Positions 17,716 through 25,266 of a stretch of DNA of 57,929 nucleotides are shown piece after piece (the stretch's first letter is position 1; each line of letters starts with the position of its first letter). A program made the position numbers and the translations under genes. The notes beneath the pieces were generated by a model. That model saw nothing but the letters and a program-made list of their open reading frames with translations, ran no database searches and had not been told where the DNA came from. Source of the DNA: Verrucomicrobiota bacterium (lineage in GTDB: Bacteria > Verrucomicrobiota > Verrucomicrobiia > Limisphaerales > UBA1096); NCBI GenBank assembly GCA_036166355.1, contig JAYZHR010000147.1, forward strand, positions 1 through 57,929. Direction: 5' to 3'.

Positions 17716-18255
17716 ATGACTTATTTTATTCTTGGTAAGGAGTCCAGTGGTTTATTTGGTTCAGCCCAATATCTCGTTCTTGCTCTACAAATGTTTCTTC
17801 ATTATTTCGGAATATTAATGGCACCTAGACTCATGGTATGGCGAAAGGTAGACGTCGTTGTATTTAGAAGGCGTGTACTGATGATTGCAGGTATAGCTAT
17901 TTTTTTTGGAATGTTGATATTCGGGATTTTGAGATTGATAGTGGATTGGTTTTATCCGCTGCTTTTTGGAGAGGAATTTGCAAGTGCCTCTAATATTTTG
18001 CCTTGGCTAGTACTTGGAAAGTTTTTTGCGGTTGGTACAGCAATGTTTACTTGGGGGCTTTGGGCAGAACACCGTGACAAATTGCCAGTGCTATGCTGTT
18101 TGCCATGTTGTTTTGTTTCTGGTGGGCTTTATTTTATTTTATTGCATGAATTTGGAAATTTAGCGTCAGCTTGGATTACTTTAGGTGCTGAAACTGCATT
18201 GCTTTTAACATCTGGTATTGCTTTCATTTATGTTATGCGACAGTCCAAAAGTTAA
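17716..18255 (+). CDS. Wzx/MOP-family flippase, C-terminal fragment (same frame as 16951..17691)
   Basis: The 179-aa ORF is polytopic. The offset 17716-16951 is 765 nt, or 255 codons, so the two ORFs share a frame. The intervening 8 codons (LFANIAQI) are open. Together the fragments give about 434 codons, a normal flippase size. Confidence 0.6.
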   Translation: MTYFILGKESSGLFGSAQYLVLALQMFLHYFGILMAPRLMVWRKVDVVVFRRRVLMIAGIAIFFGMLIFGILRLIVDWFYPLLFGEEFASASNILPWLVLGKFFAVGTAMFTWGLWAEHRDKLPVLCCLPCCFVSGGLYFILLHEFGNLASAWITLGAETALLLTSGIAFIYVMRQSKS

Positions 18256-18266
18256 GCCTGATTAAT

Positions 18267-19721
18267 TTATTCTATAATTCTTGCTCGATAAAAGCATTGA
18301 GGTAATAAGATTTTACGATCATCACGAAATTGTGCTGAACTGTTATTCATTTCAAGGCTGCCGATTCTAGTCCAATTTTTAAGGTCTGTTGATGCTTCAA
18401 TATCGTACTTTGCGCCTGCTGTTCCTACTAGTTCAAAGCTCATTTGGCTTTTAAATTGAATTTTAGTGATTTCTGGTACGGATTCTAATTTTTCAAGCAG
18501 ATTAATCACTTCAATTTGACGGTTGGCTATTGCAATCATTTTTGGGGTTCTGCCTGAATAGTCAATTGCTCGAATATCAGCGCCTGAACCGATAAGTTGT
18601 TGAACTGAATCCAAATTGCCCCCAAAAGCAGCATAATGGAGAGGGGTCCAATTTCGTGGGGGTAAATGCCAATCGTCCCTTTGTGAAACATTAGCTCCTT
18701 CATTGATCAGTTTTTCTAATGTAGTAATTTCACCTGAAAATGCTGCATGATGCAAAGTTGATTTTGTGCCAATCTTTGCACCTTCTGATTCCAGTAGAAT
18801 TACTGCTTTATCCCAAAGATTATCCTTTGCATAGTCGAGTGGTGTTCGTCCCCCAGAGTCTTCTGCGTTAATATCGAAATTCATATTAAGTAATTCCACA
18901 ATGAGATTGTCCATTCCACTCGAAGCTGCTGCGTGTAATAAGGTGTTGCCAGGTTTAGTGATTATATTGATATCTGCTCCATTTTCGCGCAAAAGCCTCG
19001 TTGTTGTATTAAACTTCCCAACTACGGAGGCGAAAAGCGGAGTCCAACCCAAATCTGTTCGGTGATTCACATTTGCATTACGAGTTAGTAAGGCGGCAAC
19101 AGCAGATGTTCTTCCGCGAGCTGCAGCTGCACTTAATGGGGTCGCTCCCCAAATTGTTTCAGCTTCTATATTGCCTCCATTTTTAAGGAGGTTTATGAGT
19201 ATTGCTGTATAATCTTCCAGAGCTGCATAGTGCATTGGAGTTTGATTAAATATATCTGATATATTGGGATTAGCCTCAGCTGCGAGTAAGGCAGTTACGA
19301 TTTTCTGTAAATTGTGTTGAGCTGCTAGATGTAAGGGGGTTTGGTCAAGATTTCCTAGTGCATTTGATTCGGCATTATTTTCAAGAAGTAATTTTACTGA
19401 ATGATACTGATTGTTACGAGTTGCCCAGTGTAAGGGGGTCCAGTTTAGATTATTTTTAGTATCTATTTTACTTTTGTTATCGATCAATAACTCCATTATT
19501 TGGATATGGCCGTTCCAAGATGCATGGTGAAGTGGGATATTTCCAAGTGTGTCAGTGTAATTAACAGCTTTAGGATCACTTAATAAAAGCTCTTCTAACC
19601 GCTCAATATCACCTGATGTTGCTAGCGCCCATATGTTGTCCGAATCCTCCTGTGCGTGACTAATAGATATAGTCAATAAGAGTGAGGTTAAAAAAAAAGT
19701 CTTTTGAAAATAACCTCTCAT
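18267..19721 (-). CDS. Exported ankyrin-repeat protein
   Basis: The 484-aa ORF starts with a signal peptide, MRGYFQKTFFLTSLLLTISISHA. At least 10 ANK repeats follow, with the recurring G.TPLH.AA..G....V..LL..GA pattern. The last roughly 70 aa form a non-ANK, beta-rich tail (FELVGTAGAKYDIEASTDLKNWTRIG). Confidence 0.9.
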   Translation of the reverse strand: MRGYFQKTFFLTSLLLTISISHAQEDSDNIWALATSGDIERLEELLLSDPKAVNYTDTLGNIPLHHASWNGHIQIMELLIDNKSKIDTKNNLNWTPLHWATRNNQYHSVKLLLENNAESNALGNLDQTPLHLAAQHNLQKIVTALLAAEANPNISDIFNQTPMHYAALEDYTAILINLLKNGGNIEAETIWGATPLSAAAARGRTSAVAALLTRNANVNHRTDLGWTPLFASVVGKFNTTTRLLRENGADINIITKPGNTLLHAAASSGMDNLIVELLNMNFDINAEDSGGRTPLDYAKDNLWDKAVILLESEGAKIGTKSTLHHAAFSGEITTLEKLINEGANVSQRDDWHLPPRNWTPLHYAAFGGNLDSVQQLIGSGADIRAIDYSGRTPKMIAIANRQIEVINLLEKLESVPEITKIQFKSQMSFELVGTAGAKYDIEASTDLKNWTRIGSLEMNNSSAQFRDDRKILLPQCFYRARIIE

Positions 19722-19790
19722 GTTAGGAGGTATTTTGACGGAGTAATGAGGCGGACGCGAGTATCGATTTGAGTATTATTTAAAAACGAG

Positions 19791-19818
19791 TTGACTCGAT
19801 TTTGCCGGAGCGTAAGCT
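19791..19818 (+). promoter_or_regulatory. Candidate sigma70-like promoter
   Basis: TTGACT (19791..19796) is followed by a 16-nt spacer and TAAGCT (19813..19818). It lies in the divergent intergenic region upstream of a hairpin/terminator leader. Confidence 0.3.
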
Positions 19819-19825
19819 TAACGCA

Positions 19826-19894
19826 CAGCCTTTCCGAGTGGAAAGGTAGCAGGGTTGGGCTAATTCCGTATGCAGCCTTTCCCTGTTTTTTTTT
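19826..19894 (+). terminator. Leader with two hairpins and a T9 intrinsic terminator (attenuator or small RNA 3' end)
   Basis: Hairpin 1 pairs 19829..19835 with 19840..19846 (7 bp, GAGU loop). Hairpin 2 pairs 19850..19861 with 19874..19885 and is followed by nine T at 19886..19894. The direct repeat CAGCCTTTCC at 19826..19835 and 19873..19882 permits alternative pairing. Confidence 0.55.
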
Positions 19895-19939
19895 GGATAT
19901 CTCCGATCAATGTAAAGAGATTTGAAGGAATAAGAAAGA

Positions 19940-20749
19940 TTGCTTCAGATTGTGGTTTCATTAGAAGAAAACAAACGTTTTGGAGGAATTGCCAGACTTT
20001 ATGGCCAAGCTGGTTTGCTATCCCTTAATAAAGCAAGAGTTTGTGTGGTTGGTGTAGGGGGTGTGGGTTCTTGGGTTGTGGAGGCGTTGGCTCGTTCCGG
20101 AGTTGGTGCATTGACTTTGGTGGATCTTGATGAAGTCTGTGTTACAAATGTAAATCGGCAATTGCCAGCACTTGATGGCGGTTTTGGTAAATTTAAGGTG
20201 GAGGAATTGAAAACTCGAGTGCATTGCATTTTTCCGAGTTGTGTAGTTGATGCGAGGGTTGAGTTTTTTAATGAAAAGAATTGCAAAGAAATCCTGGATG
20301 AAGGTTTTGATTTTGTTGTCGATGCAATTGATAATGTTAGAAATAAAGTTCTATTAATCTCGGAATGCCGTTATCGAAGTATTCCGGTTATTACTAGTGG
20401 TGCCGCAGGTGGACGATTGGATGGGACAAAAGTACAAGTGATGGATCTGTCCAGAACAGTTCAGGACCCACTGTTATCCAAGGTACGATCTTGTTTGCGA
20501 AAAGAACATGGATTTCCGCGAGCTGGTAAAAAGATGAATGTAAAATCCGTATTTTCACCTGAGTCTCCAGTATATCCAAAAAATGATGGCACAGTATGCA
20601 GTAGTCGTATCGAGGCTAAGCAGCAAGAAACTTCGATGAAACTGAACTGTGAATGGGGATTTGGATCTGCTTCATTTGTGACAGGTGCTTTTGGGCTAGC
20701 TGCAGCGGGTGAGATTATAAGTCAGTTGACAAGTCGCTTAGCTGATTAG
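19940..20749 (+). CDS. tcdA: tRNA threonylcarbamoyladenosine dehydratase (ThiF/MoeB-fold, TcdA/CsdL)
   Basis: The 269-aa ORF is collinear with my recollection of E. coli TcdA. Shared segments are RFGGIARLYG, VCVVGVGGVGSW.VEALARSG, DLDEVCVTNVNRQ and VQDPLLSKVR. The start is TTG at 19940 or GTG at 19952. Confidence 0.9.
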   Translation: MLQIVVSLEENKRFGGIARLYGQAGLLSLNKARVCVVGVGGVGSWVVEALARSGVGALTLVDLDEVCVTNVNRQLPALDGGFGKFKVEELKTRVHCIFPSCVVDARVEFFNEKNCKEILDEGFDFVVDAIDNVRNKVLLISECRYRSIPVITSGAAGGRLDGTKVQVMDLSRTVQDPLLSKVRSCLRKEHGFPRAGKKMNVKSVFSPESPVYPKNDGTVCSSRIEAKQQETSMKLNCEWGFGSASFVTGAFGLAAAGEIISQLTSRLAD

Positions 20750-20793
20750 CTTTGTGATTTATCTGCCTGAAAAATACTGCTAGAATCAGTTCA

Positions 20794-21249
20794 ATGAGCG
20801 AGAACGTGGTAGCTATTGAAATTAGAGGGATTCTTCCTGCTAATAGTGGTAGTGCCGTATTCATTGGAAATGATGAAAAAGTTTTTGTTATTCAGGTAGA
20901 GCATAATATGGGGGCTGTAATAGGAATGTTTCTTAATGAAACTGCTAAAGAAAGGCCTTTGACACATGATTTGTTTGGTTATGTATTTGATGGGTTTGGG
21001 ATTAGTTTGCTTCGCGTAGTGATTACCGAAATGAAAAATTCTACTTATTACGCCAGGCTTATATTGCAACAGGATAATGAGTTAGGGAGAAAGATTGTGG
21101 AGGTAGATGCACGTCCAAGTGACTGCCTTGCGATGGCTGCACAGCATAAGTCGCCAATATTTGTTGCATCGAAGCTTTTTGAAGATGTGGAGGACATGAG
21201 TGAAGTTTTGGCCAGAATTCAGGATTCTGGTGATCCTGATGTTGTTTAA
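20794..21249 (+). CDS. Bifunctional nuclease family protein (BFN/DUF151)
   Basis: The 151-aa ORF carries the family motifs ERPLTHDL and VDARPSDCLAMA. Confidence 0.8.
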   Translation: MSENVVAIEIRGILPANSGSAVFIGNDEKVFVIQVEHNMGAVIGMFLNETAKERPLTHDLFGYVFDGFGISLLRVVITEMKNSTYYARLILQQDNELGRKIVEVDARPSDCLAMAAQHKSPIFVASKLFEDVEDMSEVLARIQDSGDPDVV

Positions 21250-21270
21250 TTAAATGTTATTCTTATTTTA

Positions 21271-22392
21271 ATGCCTTCTGAAACAAAGTTTCCAACTGAA
21301 CCGGTTTGTCTTGTATTTGGGGACGAAGATTTTCTAGTTCGTGATCGAGCAAAGCAGATTTACAAATACTGGTGCTCGCATGCTGAGGGAATGGATCATG
21401 AGGTGATAGATGGATCAGTGCGAAACTCTGAAGAAGCTATTGGGGTATTGTCTAAGCTTGATGAGGCGTTGCAGACACTTCCATTTTTTGGAGGTAATAA
21501 AGTTGTTTGGTTAAGAGGTGTAAATTTTTTGGGAGACGATCGCACAGCATCAAGTTTAACAGTAAAAGACAGACTGACTGAGCTAGCTAAATCTTGGGAA
21601 GCCTTTGATTGGCAAGGTGTTCAATTATTAATTAGTGCTAATAAGGTAGATAAGCGTAAGAGCTTTTTTAAAACGCTTAAAAGTTTTGCCTCGATAGAGG
21701 ATAAATCTTTCAGTGATAAAGAGCGTGGTGGCAGGGCTGCCATGGTGGTGCGGCAGCGTTTATCGGAACTCGGTAAGAAAATTTCGCCGCATGTGGCGGA
21801 TGAGTTGGTTTTGTTTGCTGGCACTAATCTTCAGCAATTATATATCGAGTCGGATAAGCTGGCCTTGTATATTGGCGAGCGTGATGAGGTGGTGCGGCAG
21901 GATGTATATGAGATTTCGACTCGTACAAAGCAGTCTAAAGCATTTGCGTTAGCTGATGCTTTAGGTGAAAGAAATTTGCCAAAGCTGTTACGTGTGCTTG
22001 ATGAGGAACTTTGGGAAGTGAAACTTGATAATAAGAAAAGTCCCATTGCTTTGCTTTACGGTTTGATTTCAAAAGTGCGAACGATGATCTTTTTGAGGGA
22101 AATGATTCGAATGAAATGGATTAGTCCAAGTAACGGATATCCTCAATTTAAAGCACAATTAGAGGCTATAGCTGATGATCTTCTGCCAGAAGATCGAAAG
22201 TTTAATCCTAAATTAATGCATCCCTACATGCTGTTTAATGCACTTGGACATGCCAGGCGATATTCAGAAATAGAGCTTACTAGAGCTATGGATATTTTAC
22301 TGCAATGTAATCGTCAATTGGTTTCTTCAAGCACTGAGAATACACTTGTGCTGCAGCAAGCGCTTGTGCAAATCGTTAGCAAGTCATCTTGA
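21271..22392 (+). CDS. holA: DNA polymerase III delta subunit
   Basis: The 373-aa ORF has the N-terminal VCLVFGDEDFLV pattern and the length typical of HolA. No strongly diagnostic motif was seen, so confidence is moderate. Confidence 0.65.
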   Translation: MPSETKFPTEPVCLVFGDEDFLVRDRAKQIYKYWCSHAEGMDHEVIDGSVRNSEEAIGVLSKLDEALQTLPFFGGNKVVWLRGVNFLGDDRTASSLTVKDRLTELAKSWEAFDWQGVQLLISANKVDKRKSFFKTLKSFASIEDKSFSDKERGGRAAMVVRQRLSELGKKISPHVADELVLFAGTNLQQLYIESDKLALYIGERDEVVRQDVYEISTRTKQSKAFALADALGERNLPKLLRVLDEELWEVKLDNKKSPIALLYGLISKVRTMIFLREMIRMKWISPSNGYPQFKAQLEAIADDLLPEDRKFNPKLMHPYMLFNALGHARRYSEIELTRAMDILLQCNRQLVSSSTENTLVLQQALVQIVSKSS

Positions 22393-23661
22393 TTTTGAAT
22401 TAATCAACTTAATGCATTGAAGTGTTTTTTGATCTCGAATGAATATTTGGCCATTCGAATAAGCAGGAAAACTCCAAGATTTCCCACAAGCTTGCATGCG
22501 TCCGATCTCTTCATATTTTTTTGGATCTGGATTAATCAATATCAGTTCTCCAAATGAGCCAAGGACAAGTAATTTTTTCCCATCAGTTAATGTTGAAGCA
22601 TAAAAACTGCCAAAATTTCTTTCTTCCCAATTCAGTTTTCCATTGATTATATCGACACATATGAATCGATCTTTTTCAGCGAAACCGTAAAGATAATCTC
22701 CGATAATTACTGGTGTTGAAAGGTTGATTTTGAGTTTTTGGTTTTTCCATTTAGGTATTGCTTTCCCATTTTTTCCTATGCCACTCATGCAGATCATTCC
22801 TTCTGAGTGAGAGGCAGTGATAATATTGTTACCTCTAATGACCGGAGTGAGCACGTTACGATAAGCGCGAGTTGGTACAGGTTCGTTCCAAAGCATATTT
22901 CCATCAATTGAATTTATGCCTATTAAACGTTCAGTAGTTAGAGTGATAAATTGTTTTTTACCAGCGATTTTAGCCATTATAGGGCTGGCATAGCTTGCGA
23001 GGTCGTTTTGTGATTTCCAAATTACTTCCCCATTATACTTATTAAAACATACTACCCCGGCGCCATCTTCACTTCCTACTTGGCAAATCAGATATTCACC
23101 ATCTACTAGTGGCGTACCACTGTATCCTCTTCTAGATGCAGCTCCTACGTTTTGCGCCTTGTTTATAATCCATTTTACATTGAAGTCTTTTTGATAGTCT
23201 GTATCCCAAATTCTAGATCCATCTTTCACTCTTAAACAGGTAAGTTTTCCGCGGCAGGTTTGTACGTAGATTCGTTCTCTGTCAAATAATGGAGTGCAAC
23301 GTGGGCCAGCTCCAAATCCATCATTGGGATAAGTTTGTCCATAGGCAGTTTTCCAGAGTTCTTTTCCGGTCTTCTTATCGAGCATTCGAAGAACCTCGGA
23401 GTCTCCTTGTTCCTCTGATATGGCAAGAAAGTTATCCTGTATAACTACAGCGGAATGGCCTGGGCCAACGTCGATTTTCCATAATATATCTGGGCTATCT
23501 GTAAGCGTATTCGGTAAAAAATCGTCTTTATTGACATAGGCATCAGAACTCGGTCCACGCCATTTTGGCCAATCACCTGCCTGTGCAATTTCAATGCACA
23601 AATCCAAAGCAGCAAAGATAGTCAGCGCAATATATTTGTATTGGAATGAATAAGAGATCAT
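22384..23661 (-). CDS. Exported PQQ-like (BamB-like) beta-propeller repeat protein
   Basis: The 425-aa ORF has an N-terminal hydrophobic signal. It has GDWPKWRGP followed by repeated D..TGK..W / G..lW blades. It shows no quinoprotein active-site features. Confidence 0.8.
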   Translation of the reverse strand: MISYSFQYKYIALTIFAALDLCIEIAQAGDWPKWRGPSSDAYVNKDDFLPNTLTDSPDILWKIDVGPGHSAVVIQDNFLAISEEQGDSEVLRMLDKKTGKELWKTAYGQTYPNDGFGAGPRCTPLFDRERIYVQTCRGKLTCLRVKDGSRIWDTDYQKDFNVKWIINKAQNVGAASRRGYSGTPLVDGEYLICQVGSEDGAGVVCFNKYNGEVIWKSQNDLASYASPIMAKIAGKKQFITLTTERLIGINSIDGNMLWNEPVPTRAYRNVLTPVIRGNNIITASHSEGMICMSGIGKNGKAIPKWKNQKLKINLSTPVIIGDYLYGFAEKDRFICVDIINGKLNWEERNFGSFYASTLTDGKKLLVLGSFGELILINPDPKKYEEIGRMQACGKSWSFPAYSNGQIFIRDQKTLQCIKLINSKSR

Positions 23662-23772
23662 CGTGTGTATCGGTGTGGTTAAATTAACAGGGGGGCAGAG
23701 CTTCGCAATGCTTTTCCTTTTGCCTTGTGTGAGAGGCTTGAAGAGAGCATCATCCCTTTAACCGACCGGAAG

Positions 23773-25266
23773 ATGTTACCAAGGAGACATCAACCACTGA
23801 AATCGCTTGGAGTAATGCTATGTTTAGCGTTGTTGCTTGGCTTGGCTTGTAATGGGTGGTGCGAATATAAATCGAAGGAGTATCCTACATTTATTTCATG
23901 GAAATCCGCATGTGATAAACTTCCATCTAATCGTGCTCTGCTTGGTCAATTAGCAGGAACAAAGTTGCCTACCGCGTTACCTGAATTTGAACCTGTAGCT
24001 GAGGCTTTAAATGCAGCTTTCAATGTGTTTAAAACCGGGACAATGAGTAGTGATATTAACTGGGTTGGAGGAAAGCCAAATGATTCTGAGTTCTTTAATA
24101 CTAAGAGAGCTTATTTCTTGAGGCCTCCAATTCCATTTCAACCATTTGCCCAGAAGTTGACTGTACCGGCTGGTAGTGAAGTTATATTTCATGGTGATTT
24201 TCATGGTGATATTCATTCGTTTATTGCGATGCTGGATTCACTTAATAAATCAGGGACTTTGGATGGTTTTCGTTTGGTAAAGCCGAATACTTATATGGTT
24301 TTTTTGGGTGACTATACCGACAGAGGTAACTTTGGGATTGAGGTGCTTTACACACTGCTTCGTTTAAAACTCGAAAACCCTGAAAAGGTATTTATGTCCC
24401 GAGGAAATCATGAAGATATTCAGATGATTGCTTCTTATGGTTTTTTAGCTGAATGCCAAAAAAAATATGCACAACAATTCAATCCAGGGTTAATCGGTCG
24501 GCTCTACGATTTTTTCCCTGTGGTTATTTATGTTGGGAGTGGTGTGGATTTTATTCAATGTAATCATGGTGGAATGGAGCCTGGTTATCTTCCAGGCCGT
24601 TTGCTTGATGCCAAGTCGAGTATTGCATTTCAATTACTTGGTGAAATGAAAGGAGGGGAGTTCTTAGCAAAGCATCCAAGTTTGATGAATGTGGCTGATC
24701 CTAGGATGAAGTCTTATCTTACAGAAAACATTCGCAACTATATTCCAATTGCACCAATGCAGCCAGTTATCAATGGGTTTATGTGGAATGATTTTACCAT
24801 ATTTACTGAAGAGCCTGGTGTCAGCTATATGAGTGGTCGTGGATTTGTTTTTGGTAAGTCTGGTACAAGGATTGTGCTTGATGCCTCGGCTGGGGAAAAA
24901 TCCAAGGTGCGCGGGGTGTTTCGTGCTCATCAACATTCTTCTGCGGTTAATCCAATGATGCGACGATTGTTGGCTGGTAATGGTGTTTTTCGGCATTGGC
25001 ATGAAAGTGATAGTCTTGATAAGGCTAATGTTTCAACTGCTGTGTTACATGCCGAATGTAAATTGGAGCATAGCAATAATCGTAAATTAAAGGATGGGTT
25101 TGTTTGGACATTTAATGTGGCACCTGACAGTTATTATGGTGTGGGAAACACTTATAAGTTTGATACTTACGGAGTTTTGACGACAGCAGATAAGTTTGTG
25201 AATTGGAATCTTCGTGTTGTTAATCAGGCGGTATCAATTTTAGATAAATTGCCAGTTGGAAGATGA
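23773..25266 (+). CDS. Exported PPP-family Ser/Thr protein phosphatase (metallophosphoesterase, eukaryote-like signature)
   Basis: The ORF is 497 aa from the ATG at 23773, with a signal-like start MLPRRHQPLKSLGVMLCLALLLGLAC. All PPP motifs are present: GDFHGD, GDYTDRG, RGNHE, NHGG and FRAHQ. Confidence 0.85.
   Translation: MLPRRHQPLKSLGVMLCLALLLGLACNGWCEYKSKEYPTFISWKSACDKLPSNRALLGQLAGTKLPTALPEFEPVAEALNAAFNVFKTGTMSSDINWVGGKPNDSEFFNTKRAYFLRPPIPFQPFAQKLTVPAGSEVIFHGDFHGDIHSFIAMLDSLNKSGTLDGFRLVKPNTYMVFLGDYTDRGNFGIEVLYTLLRLKLENPEKVFMSRGNHEDIQMIASYGFLAECQKKYAQQFNPGLIGRLYDFFPVVIYVGSGVDFIQCNHGGMEPGYLPGRLLDAKSSIAFQLLGEMKGGEFLAKHPSLMNVADPRMKSYLTENIRNYIPIAPMQPVINGFMWNDFTIFTEEPGVSYMSGRGFVFGKSGTRIVLDASAGEKSKVRGVFRAHQHSSAVNPMMRRLLAGNGVFRHWHESDSLDKANVSTAVLHAECKLEHSNNRKLKDGFVWTFNVAPDSYYGVGNTYKFDTYGVLTTADKFVNWNLRVVNQAVSILDKLPVGR

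Noticed and set aside
19870-20028. 52-codon ATG ORF starting inside the tcdA leader and running through the terminator
   Set aside because: It has no SD, is out of frame with and overlaps tcdA, and reads through the T9 tract (FPVFFW). It is most likely fortuitous, so it was not used as a leader-peptide model.
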